Shown piece by piece: positions 48,221 through 58,707 of a stretch of 64,000 nt of DNA. The translations under genes were made by a program, and so were the position numbers. This stretch comes from Chlorokybus atmophyticus (lineage: Eukaryota > Plantae > Mesostigma and Chlorokybus algae). The stretch is taken from positions 82,122 through 146,121 of the forward strand of contig RHPI01002888.1 of NCBI GenBank assembly GCA_009103225.1, given 5' to 3'. Below the pieces are notes generated by a model. It ran no database searches, was not told the origin of the DNA, and worked only from the letters and a program-made list of their open reading frames with translations. How positions within the stretch are numbered: the stretch's first letter is position 1; each line of letters begins with the position of its first letter.

Positions 48221-49290
48221 TGTCGGGTCGAGGGGAGTCGAGGGTCACGCTGTCTCGGACAGCTGCATGGACAGCCATGCTGTGCTGGACATGCTGCTGC
48301 ACCACCTGTGTAACGCGCAGCCAAAAACAAAAGATGACCCCAACCCTCATGGTGACAAGTGCTTCGTGCAGCTGGTCTGCTGCTGCTGGGTAGCACGGGC
48401 AGATGGAGTCGGTGTTCTCCCTAGTGCACATGCTGTGCTGTAGCACACAAAGTCAACAAGCCACTACTATAGGTAGTGCTGTTTACATAGTTCTTTGCAT
48501 GGGTGGAAGAGAAATTACACTGTTAAGTGAGGTGAATGAGCAAGCAACACGTGGATGCTATGCCCTGACTGATGCCCACAAGCACACCGCGATCAAGTAC
48601 ACACAGCTCACAGCAAAGACAAGCACGGTGCACAAGAACATGCACAGGCTCTCACACGGTGAGGGGATTCTTGAGAACCGGGACGGTGTGTTTCGTAGTT
48701 CAAGTCGCTTCACAAGCTCTTGGCTTTCTCACTTACAGTGTCACCAGCTGATCCGGTGAACACTGTGCCTACTTATACAAGTCAACTCATGACTGTCCAT
48801 AACATAAGCTAACGGTCATATCGAGGCTATTTCCACAGGAAATTGCCACTCGATATGAAACCCAACTTATAACTGAACTCACTACTGAACAGCTACGCGC
48901 GGTGCCTATGTAGGCTATGGTCATGAGCTACTCTAGAGACATGACCTAGCTACTGGTCAGAGACGCGCGCGGGTCGCCATGCTGGTAAGCCGGGCGAGAG
49001 TCTCGCTGTAGGCATGCCCGATGACGACTGGCATGCCCGGGCGATAGGCATGACAGCTGTCGGGTCGAGGGTCACGCTGTCTTGGACAGCTGCATGGACA
49101 GCCATGCTGTGCTGGACATGCTGCTGCACCACCTGTGTAACGCGCAGCCAAAAACAAAAGATGACCCCAACCCTCATGGTGACAAGTGCTTCGTGCAGCT
49201 GGTCTGCTGCTGCTGGGTAGTACGGGCAGATGGAGTCGGTGTTCTCCCTAGTGTACATGCTGTGCTGTAGCACACAAAGTCAACAAGCCA
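48221..49290 (-). repeat. Copy B 3' terminal S-L-S repeat block
   Basis: The two S copies (233 and 243 bp) are near-identical apart from a 10-bp duplication and a few substitutions. The outer S overlaps L by the motif aagtcaacaagcca. The inner L/S junction is gaca-gc-tgtc. Confidence 0.92.
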
Positions 49291-49335
49291 CCCCCCCTGG
49301 GCTCCGGGGGAGGTTCCAGCTCCAGAGCTCAGCTT

Positions 49336-50660
49336 CTAGCGCAAGTGAGGAGGGCCGTTGGTACGGCAATCGTCGCACCAATACTCCGCCATAGGTATCG
49401 CGTCCAAAGGTGGCTCCAGGCAATAGTAATGCAGGCCCTTGTTGCAGCCATCGCATAGCATCATGAGTGCGTCGTCACCGGCGCTGCCGCAGCGTTCACA
49501 GCGTGTGCTGCGCGCGGGATGAGGGTGCTGGATACGCCCGAAGCCGGCTACGTAAGGAAGATGACATGGCGCACAGTTCACCATGTTGTCCTTCAACCTC
49601 TCTCCTTTTTGACCAAGAAGGTCCAGCTCCCCTGTGGAGTACACTTTGAGTACCTTGTAAACGGTGCGGCCTACGGAGGTGTCAAGCGTGTCTTTGGTGG
49701 CTGCCATGCGATAGGCAAAGTCCCCCGCTTGAAACCGCCGTCGGCGCTCCGTGTAGAATCCGCTGCGTACGCGCTCCTAGCGCAGCGTGTCGCGATGCCG
49801 CGCGATGCGCAGGTTGTTGAAGGCCATGGGGACGATGCTTGAAAAGTGCGGCGCGCGTGGTGATGTCGTGGTGCATCTAGTCGGGGTCGTTGAGGTTGTT
49901 CACGACGCGATCCACCTCCTGCTGCGCAAGGAAGGGGAGCAATGGTGGTCGCCCGAACAGCAGGTAGCACGTGCTGTACTCCCGCAGAGCCGCCTGCTTG
50001 GACAATCGATATCCGAGGGCCACCCACGGGAGGTGGTCATCCCAAGTGTTCTTCTCGTACTCCAGCACGTACTTGCGGAGTGCCTTCTTGATGGTCTGTA
50101 CTGTACGCTCGGCGAGACCGTCGGCTTGAGAGTGATCACGCGAGGTACGGCGGTGGTCGATGTAACATTTGTCCAAGAGGGTGTCGAACTCCCCTTTGAA
50201 CTCAGTACCTTGGTCAGTGATGACCTTGGCGCAGCTGCCATATCGGCTGAGAACGTGAGAGAGGAAGGCTTGAGACACCCCCCTTCTGCTCTTGTCGGGT
50301 AATGGTACCAGCTCCACCCATTTGGAGAAGTGCTCGATCATGACCAGGATGTAACGGTTGCCATGCGCTGAGGGTGCCAAGTCCCCCAAGATGTCGAGCC
50401 CCCATAGGCAAAAGAGACCGGAGATGGGGAGTGGGTGCAAGGTGGCGCTACGCGTGTTGAGGCTGGCGCGCACCATGTCACTGCTGGCAGTGGCTGACGA
50501 ACCCGTGCACCTGTTTTGTTAACCCATACCACCAATATTGTGCCCTCACTAGGCTGACTGTACGCTTGACACCGAAGTGTCCAAGCTCAGTGTGGAGGGG
50601 AGTGATGATGCCCTCGCGCGTGACCGGTGTCGGCACTTCCTTGTCTTTGTCGTGGAAGCG
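49336..50660 (-). pseudogene. Copy B integrase (HHCC-like, D-D-E) plus C-terminal PHD finger
   Basis: LHTELGHFGVKRT; WGLDILG; VITDQGTEF; QADGLAERTVQTIKKAL; CERCGSAGDDALMMLCDGCNKGLHYYCLEPPLDAIPMAEYWCDDC; stop at 49336. Confidence 0.93.
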
Positions 50661-50921
50661 GCGATACAGCTTGTCACCTGCTCATCGATAGTGACGGGTG
50701 CGTTGGTTGACCCGGTCCTTCTCTCGGGCGCTCATGCCGGAGGGAAGCTGGCCACTTTGAAGAAAGGAGAGTGATGGCTTGTTCTGCCATATGTTCTGCC
50801 TGGTGTCAGTGGGCGCCAGCTCTGTGTTATCGACGTCAATATTGGCTGCGTGGGCGTCTCCCAAGGGTGTGGTTGCCGCAGGGCCGGTAGGCTCAAGGGC
50901 AGGAATTTCCCCTGCCACTGC

Positions 50922-52560
50922 TCAGGCCGTGGTGTTGGTCTTGCGCCCTGAGCGCAACGCGGCAGCAGCAAATATGGCTGCCATGGTGGGGGCTGTTGCT
51001 GCAGGGACGAACTCATGCCGCGCTCCAGTTGCGTCGTTGGTGCTAAGGTGAGGGTTGCGACTGAGGCCATCGGCGTCTTGGTTGGTGAGGCCAGCGCGGT
51101 GGTCGATCTCGAAGTCGTATTCCTGCAACAGCAGGGCCCATCGAGCAAGTTTCCCTGTCAGATGTTGGTTGGTCATCAGCCACTTGAGGGGCTGATGATC
51201 AGTGATCAGTTGGAACTGTCGACCAAAGAGGAAAGGTCGGAAGAAGGAGATGGCCCACACTGCAGCGAGGCACTCCCCTTCGTATCTGCTGTAGTTGGCC
51301 TCGGCGCTGTTGTTGCTTCGGCTGGCGTATGACACCACCCGCTCCTTCTTGTTCTCATCGTGCTGCACCAGCACCGCTCCCATTCCCAGCTTGCTCCAGT
51401 CGGTGTGAAGGATGAAAGGCTTGGCGTAGTCCGCACGTTGAATGATGGGAGCGGTGGTGAGCCTGCTCTTCAGCTCCTCGAAGGCCTGCTGTTGCGGCTC
51501 CTTCCATGCGAACTCCACCTCCTTCTTTAGTAGCTCGTTGAGGGGCCTTGCGATCTTCGCGAAGTCCTTCACGAACCGGCGATAGTAGTTGGCAAGTCCC
51601 AAGAAAGCGCGCAGACGTGTGAGGTCTGTCGGGGCAGGGATAGCTGTCAGAGCCTCTACTTTTGCCTGCTGCACATACACACCATGGGGCACAATCATGT
51701 GCCCTAAGTACGGCACCTTGTGGGTGAAGAAGGTACACTTGTCGGGGTGTACGGTCATCCCCACTCCCTTGAGTCGTTCCAACACCGCTTTGATGTGCTG
51801 AAGATGCTCCTCGTTGCTGCGGCTGAAGATGAGGATGTCATCGATATAGCACCGCGCGCAGTCCAGCCCCTTCAAGGCCTTGTCCATGACGCGTTGAAAC
51901 TTGGCAGGGGCATTCTTCAGCCCCAACGGCATTACCTTCCATTGGTACAATTGTCGGTTGCCCCAGAAGGAGGTCTTGTGCTTGTCCTCGTCCTTGATGG
52001 CGATTTGGTTGTACCCTTGACGCATGTCTTGGATGCTGAAGACTGTGCAGTCTCCCACATCATAAAAGATACCCTCTGCTGTGGGCATGGGGTACCTGTC
52101 TTGCTTGGTCTTGTTGTTGAGGGGGCGATAGTCGCCACACATGCGTCGCTCTGTCCAGTTGCCTGCTGAATTCTTCTTCAGTGGCATGACGATTGCTGCT
52201 ACGAAGTCCGATGTGGACTCTTCGATAAGGCCTGCATCAAGCAGCGCCTTACATCTCTGTTCCACCAGGTCCTCCTCCAACTTGGAGAGCCTGTATTGCC
52301 GTCGGAACACCGGCTCAGTGTCCACCAGCTCGATGTCCATCTGGTACACTGAGCATGTACCCAGTTCCTTCACATTGAAGCTGAATTGGCTCCTCCACTT
52401 GTTGAGGAGAGCCTCCAGCTTCTCTCGAGTGTCTTCTGTGGCCAACGGGCCAATGGCATGGTCCCAGGAGGTTGCATTGGCAACCACGGGAATGTCCTCC
52501 ACTGTCACTGCTGCTTGCTCCTCCATGTGGACCACCTCGAGGGCTGTGTGAGCTGCCTTG
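50922..52560 (-). CDS. Copy B reverse transcriptase and RNase H, uninterrupted reading frame (Gypsy type)
   Basis: RMCGDYRPLN, QDMRQGYNQI, MPLGLKNAPAKFQR, CYIDDILIFS, YLGH, FILHTDWSKLGMGAVL, YASRSNNSAEANY, ITDHQPLKWL, LARWALLLQEYDFEIDHRAG. Confidence 0.96.
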
Positions 52561-52619
52561 GTGTGCCTGTCGGCTACACGATCAGCCCACCAGCCAAGTG
52601 TTCGAGATCCTTGAAGGAC

Positions 52620-53600
52620 ACGTGGCGGTCTTGCAATGCGAAGCTCAGCTCCAGCAGCCAAACCATGTTGTTCTGGTCCATGGCGCGGCCAAGCAGCTGG
52701 CATTGCTGACTGACTGTCAGCGATGAACCCGTGATGCTGTTGGGGAAGAATCCCATGGCGCGTTCACGTTCGCGTGCGTTGGGTTCCTCCAGCCTGTTGG
52801 TGGTCGCATAAAACACCATCCCGTCACCACTGTTTCGAAATGCGTAGGAGCCCGGGTAGGACACCAACGTGGGGAGTTCGCGACGGGGCTGACCGGGCTG
52901 ATTGCACGGGTAGAAGTGGTTGTGGTCATGACGCAGGACAGGTTGTGCTTTGCAACCGGGGTCAAGGATGTCATCGACCAGCAGGTTGCAGGCCGAGTGC
53001 TGCGTGTGTATTCTGCGGTCATGAGTTCCTCCACGGTGGTCAAGTTTGTCCACTTGGCACGTACACGACGTGCGCGCGAGCCATGTCGTGCCGCGTTCAC
53101 CTTGAGTGGGTGCCCCAGAATGGAGCAAACTTGTCGGTAGCTGGAGGCAATGTGCGGACGCTTGTCGTCCTCTGAACGCACATTTTCGGTGACGTATCCC
53201 AGGGGTCTGGAGATCTGGTGGTGTTGAAGGAGGTGGATGATTCTCATCAGCTCCCAAAACAGCCCGCAGCGAGGGTTCTCGAGGCCTTGCCCCTTGCCTG
53301 CCCTGGAGTGCCCTTGGCATTCCCACCCAGCTATTAACAGGTCGATGTTGCCGAGGGACAGTAGGTGATCTTCAGTGATCAGCCGGATGTCTTGTGGCAA
53401 TGCTTTGAGGCTGCCTTGCAACGCCGAGAGGGGTAGTTGACGTGAATACCTTTCGTGCAGTTGGCGTAAGTGGTGCTTGAGGACCGTTTGCGCGTGTGGG
53501 TCTGGGTCGCAGCAATAGTATTTGACAACCTTCACCCCCGTGTTGAGGACCGCGGCAAGACCACTGCCAATGCCTCCAAACAGCTCCAACACTGTGATGC
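52620..53600 (-). pseudogene. Copy B C5 cytosine methyltransferase domain (DNMT3-like), with a frameshift near 53000
   Basis: Motif I VLELFGGIGSG; IV DLLIAGWECQGHSRAG; VI YVTENV; VIII VNAARHGSRARRVRAKWTNL; IX-X EEPNARERERAMGFFPNSIT...QQCQLLGRAMD, comparable to DNMT3A ERIFGFPVHYTD...RQRLLGRSW. Confidence 0.92.
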
Positions 53601-53899
53601 CTTGTTGCCTGCGAAAGGTGTGGAACTCCACCACTCCGGTGGCCACCATATGGTGGTCCTGCACCTTGTTGTGGCTGCGGTAGTTGGGGAAGCGCGTGGT
53701 GATCAGTGGATGGCTGAGCAAGACGTGTGCGTCCACCTGTGCGCGCCAGCGCCGTTCAGCTGGGTCTTGTAATGCTACTTCCACGTGGTGGCATCCTCCT
53801 GCTCCTCGTTGTACGGGGTGGGAGAGGAGTCGACGTTTCGACACGGGAACGTGGCACCAGCAGCGGCTTGCGTCTGAACGCCGTCGTATGTGGTTGTTG

Positions 53900-54443
53900 C
53901 AGCCTCCCGTGTGCGGGCGTGGCTGCGTGTGGCCACGGCAGCTACTTTGCGTTGGGCGCGCGTGCGCGAGACCAACTCGAGAGGCAGGAAACCCTGCACC
54001 TCTCCGTCATCCTCATCCCAATGTGGCCAAAACCACGCTCGCTCTGTCCAGCAGTCGAGGCCCATGCCCATAGGGAAGTTGAAGTCCTGCCCACGCAAAA
54101 AATCGAAGGAGCCGGCATTGGTGACTACACATTGCTGGACGATCTCGGTTGTGTGGGTTGGGTCTAACCCTGTCAACCGAATGCAAAAGGCCTCCCTGGT
54201 GACTCCCATCACCTTATCTCGGCTACCTGTGGCAGTGTCCAACACGTACGGGCAAGGCACCAAGTCGGAGCTTGTTATGCCGAGGGACCGCGCGAGGAAG
54301 CGCCCGATGATGACAGGCTGTGCTCTAGTGTCCAACATTACTCGCTTGGGTGCCAGGCCGTTGATGGTAATGTGCTTGCCTTGGTTGGCCACCATGGCAG
54401 CATTGGCGTTGACGCGCAGCCTCTTCATACGAGCTGTCTGCAC
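53900..54443 (-). pseudogene. Copy B retroviral-type aspartic protease
   Basis: HITINGLAPKRVMLDTRAQPVIIGRFLARSLGI (D-T/S-G motif decayed here; DSG in copy A) and FDFLRGQDF. Confidence 0.8.
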
Positions 54444-56832
54444 CTTTGCCTCAGTTCTCTCAGCTGGGGGTGTTGAGCGCGTTGCAGCCAGAGCTCATCT
54501 GCCTGCTGGGTCCGGAGAACCCCCTCCTTGCCCTCTCCCTCTGTCGAACCGACCTTGTCGTAGTGGTTGGTAGACACGGGGGGGCCTCGGTGCTGGAGGT
54601 TCCGGCGCTGGTTGTGGTGGCGGTGCAGATGGATGCCGCCTCTACGAAGATGGAATCATGCCCGCGGGTGTACCCAGTGGCTGTGGAGGAAACCCCGGCG
54701 GACCCGGTGTTTGTGGGCCTGCCTCGCGTTCAGCTTGCTCCGCGGCGTACGTCCATCGGACAGCATGAGCCGCTTCTCTGACCAACGTCCCACGTGGCCG
54801 TGGGCTCGGTGTCTGTGTCGGTCCAATGATGATATTGAGGCATGGGCTGTAGGTATACGGCGCGTAGTAGCTGTCGCCGCATGTCGTGAGTGATGGTGGG
54901 GACTCGCAAGATCCCTGCCATGTAGGCATCACACCTTCCTTGTACCACTCCCACATTGAGCACGGTCATGGCGCGCGCCCGTAAGGTGCGCTGGAGGTCA
55001 GTCTGCTGTGCGTGTAGCTCATGAGCAATGGCGATGCGCCGCCGTTGTCGTGCGGCTTCCACCCCTGGCAGCCGCAGCATTGCCTCTTGCACTCCCTCCA
55101 GCGTGTCCGGGGTTGTGGTGGCAGCCTCGTCGTATGCTTGTCGCAGCGAACGAACGAATGCCCCCAACCATGATGCTCGGTTGCCAAAGGCAAACAGGGG
55201 GACAGCAGGGTGATTGGCAACGAGCCATGTCACGAGACGGGCTCGAGCGGCGCTGCCCTCTTGCATCCCCATCATCTGTCTCAATGTGTTGCCCTCAGGC
55301 CTGTGCAACATGACTGCTTGCCGGATGAGTGCGGTACGGAGTTGTTGCTCCCCCACCATACCAGCTCCTCCTCGTTGTGTGGTGTCCCCTTGCGGGGTGA
55401 GGTACCCTCGCCCCGCATCGCGTTGATCCTCAGGCATGTCGACCAAAGGAGGCAGCAGCGGGGCGATTACCCCCCTCAATTGTTGCGCCAACGCCCTCGC
55501 TTGGTCTGCAACAGTTGCTTGTCTTGGCTGTTCGATGGCGACTGCCGTGGAGTACCCTGTGGTCAGCGCCGTGGAGGCGCTGGCAACATTTGCCGGAGCT
55601 ACGGTTGGTACAATAACGGCATGTGCTGCTTCGTACGCCTGTCGGCGCGCGTCCACTTGGGCAGCTTGGTCCACCTAATAACGATGTGCTTGTTCGAGGG
55701 CAGAGAAATGCTCTTGACGACTGCCTGGAGTGAGCCCCCGGAGAGCGGGATCAGCGCCCAGCGCGATGTCTGACATGGTGACCACGAGGTCTTGTATTTT
55801 GTGGCGCTGGAGTCCGAGTGGGTACAGTGGCGAGGGCGCGAGGTCGATCTGTTGAGCGGGCATTGGTTGCCGCGTTTGACTGGGTGCGCCCTGCAATCGT
55901 GCGTGTAATGCCAAGAACAGCTGAATGGCCAGCTCTAATACTGCAGGTCGCCGGTAGGTGACCCCGAAGAGACGATCTTTCATCTCTGGTGCAGTGCCGG
56001 CGAGGATTTCATCCTCCAGCTGCTGTTGTGTGGGTTCCGGCAGCGTGTGGTACTCTGGAGGTGGTAGGGGCAAGATGCGATCATCGCGTGCCACGCGCGT
56101 GGTGCGTTGCCCCCCTGGTCCGTACGCAATGGTGGTGGGCTCCACGTTGCGTAAAACCGACGCCCAGGCGCAGTCTGCTTGTGGTCCGCGTGGCACTTGC
56201 TGTGTGATGTCAAGTGCTGGTGGCGGTGGCGTTCGAATCTCATAAAGTGGTGCAATGGGTGCGGCAGCACTACTGGAGGCGATGGTGGTGGCACCTGCAG
56301 CAGTCGTCGTTACTGAGGTGGCAGCGATGAGGGTGGCAGCAGTTGCGGCCGATGTAGTCGCTTCGATGGAGGCAGGAGTGGTGGATTCACCACCCACAAA
56401 CCCAACGACCATGGTTGTTGCGGCGTGGGTGCTTTCCATCACCGGGGACAGTGTGGTGCCAAGAGTGCTGGCACCTGCTGTCGTGGTCGGTGTGGACGCC
56501 GACAGTGTCGTCGACGGCGTCTTCCCAGCAGTGGTTGTGGCCGAGGCAGCACCACTTGTGGCGTCCGACAATGCTGCTGTTGATGACGTGCCAGCTTCCC
56601 TGCGCGCACGTCTTGATGGTTATACGCGTGACGGCGTGGGAGTGTCCCTATCCCGTTTTGGTGCCATCAGTGCCCACCTAGCAGCATAGCAGGTTTGATA
56701 GTCCTGCTCCTTGTTCTCCTCCAGCTGTGCCACGCGCGCCATCCGGGCTGCCACTTGGTCAATAGCTGGTGGATTGGCTGGTGCCTTTACAGCAGCAGCT
56801 CCAGCGCGAGGACGTCCCTCAGGTCCTTTGTG

Positions 56833-58500
56833 CTATGGAGGGCGGTTTTTCCCTCTGTAGCCCGCATCTTCCTTGCGGGCCCCAACATTGTTGTTGTTGT
56901 TGGGGTTGTGGCCACCAGCGTTGTTGCCATTGTTGCGACCACCAGCATTGGTGCTGTTGTTGTAGCCGCCTGCGTGGTTGCTGTTGTTGTAGCCCCCGTT
57001 GTTGTTGTTATTGTTGTTGTTGTTGTTGCCGCGGTAGCCAACAGCGTTGTTGCCGTTGTTGTAGCCAATAAAGGGCCGCAGCTCAGGGAACTTGAGCCAG
57101 CATACTGTCTCCAAGTGTCCCGTCTTGTGGCAGTAGTCGCACACAAGGTTGCCGTAATCTTCGGTGCACTCCTTTTGGTAGTGGCCATGTCGACCACATC
57201 GGTGGCACAGCACTGGAGCCACAAGGGCAGCATGAGCTGACCGTTTATCCTCGTTGTGGGTACCTTGCGGCTCTCGGCTGCGGTCCCGCCGAAGAGGCTC
57301 TGCACTTGTGCCTGCCATAGGCCACGAGGCACTGCGGTTGGTGTTCAGCACCGCTTTCTTATACACTGCGCGCTTATGGATGGCTTGTGCAGTCTCGAAA
57401 GCTTCCTTGAGGGTGTAGCCGAGGGGCCTGCTGTAGTTCAGCGTCAGGCGCGTTGACTCGCTCAGGGTGGGATCCAACTCGGCCACATACACCACTGCTG
57501 CCGCCTCCTCACTGATGATCTTGTAGTCACTGTCTTTAAGCAACCCTTCCAACCGTGAATACAGTCGGAGAGGGTCCTCGATGGGCTTCCGTCGAAAACG
57601 CCTCAACTCCTCCACCTTGCTGTTGGTTTGAGGTGGGAAGGTGCGCCGGAGTGCGGCGTAAAGGTCCTTCAACGGGGAGTCCGACATAGCCGCGCCCACC
57701 GTAAGCGCGGGTGCACGCAATGCCACTGAGCCGAGGGTGAAAACACTGCCTCCCGCTGGAGCACGCGAGTTCGGTGTTGGTAGCAGGGGCGTGCCCATCT
57801 CCAACGCTGCAGCTTGCTGCTCCTCTTGTTGCTCCCTGATGATGGCAGCGGTGCGGTTGAGTATCCTGATCCGTCGCTCGGCCTTCTTGCTTTCGATCTC
57901 TGCAGTAGTCAATGAGGCCACTACCACCTCAACTTCTTCATTCTCTGCCTTCTCCATGGCTGCAGCTAGAGTGAGACCCGTGAATGAGGCTGGCGGGGCC
58001 GCTGCTATAGGGACAGTAATCGATGGGCTATGCAGTGACGTGGAGAATATTGTGCTGGCCAGTTCGCCATAGCCATCAATCTTGTGCAACTCAGCGACGG
58101 ACTTCCACACATCATGTGCTTCGTGATCAAGGTATTGAGCGGACACACGAAACGATACCTCATCTGTCCAATCCTTGCTCTTGAGGGCTTGCTGCCGCAT
58201 CTTGGAGTGGAACTTGATGATGAACTCGTCAAGTGAGGTGGTGCCAGGGCGTCCGGAGAAGCGAAGGGAGTTGGTTGAGCTGGAAGGCTCCATCTCCTCG
58301 TCGTCACTGTCCGACGGTGGTGGAGATGCTCGTCGTCGAGGAGTGGAGTGAGAGGAGGTGAAGCCGGAGACGGGGCGTGAGCCTCTGCTGCTACGGTAAT
58401 CGCTCCCTTCACTTGCGCGCTCGTAGGTAAGGTTGGAGGTTGGGCTCCAGCTGTTGGGGTTCCCTTCTTCTATTGGCGAGAAAGGGGTGGGCCTGCTCAT
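56833..58500 (-). CDS. Copy B Gag (555 aa open frame) with two CCHC zinc knuckles and an Asn/Gly-rich tail
   Basis: CHRCGRHGHYQKEC and CDYCHKTGHLETVC. The frame continues past premature stops into the spacer region (ORFs 55675-56571 and 54730-55674 are in the same frame). Confidence 0.88.
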   Translation of the reverse strand: MSRPTPFSPIEEGNPNSWSPTSNLTYERASEGSDYRSSRGSRPVSGFTSSHSTPRRRASPPPSDSDDEEMEPSSSTNSLRFSGRPGTTSLDEFIIKFHSKMRQQALKSKDWTDEVSFRVSAQYLDHEAHDVWKSVAELHKIDGYGELASTIFSTSLHSPSITVPIAAAPPASFTGLTLAAAMEKAENEEVEVVVASLTTAEIESKKAERRIRILNRTAAIIREQQEEQQAAALEMGTPLLPTPNSRAPAGGSVFTLGSVALRAPALTVGAAMSDSPLKDLYAALRRTFPPQTNSKVEELRRFRRKPIEDPLRLYSRLEGLLKDSDYKIISEEAAAVVYVAELDPTLSESTRLTLNYSRPLGYTLKEAFETAQAIHKRAVYKKAVLNTNRSASWPMAGTSAEPLRRDRSREPQGTHNEDKRSAHAALVAPVLCHRCGRHGHYQKECTEDYGNLVCDYCHKTGHLETVCWLKFPELRPFIGYNNGNNAVGYRGNNNNNNNNNNGGYNNSNHAGGYNNSTNAGGRNNGNNAGGHNPNNNNNVGARKEDAGYRGKNRPP

Positions 58501-58707
58501 ACAGCTGATGCGATGGTGAAAGTGGATGAAGGGTAGAGTGTTTGTGCTCTACTATGGGATCTCCAGTGCTGCTATCACCCAACACACTGGCGCTTGTGTG
58601 CGCTATGCGATGACGGTGACAACGATGCACTGCGATGCGTACAACTACAGATGGCGATGCTGATGTGCAGCCTGCAACTACACTCGCTTGAGCAAAGAGG
58701 GTGACAC

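Noticed and set aside
54860-54900. THDMRR / THDIRA in the spacer domain as a tyrosine-recombinase H-x-x-R motif that would explain the split repeats
   Set aside because: No Tyr about 34 residues downstream (Trp at +21 and +32, Tyr at about +48) and no recognisable box I. Not supportable without a profile search.
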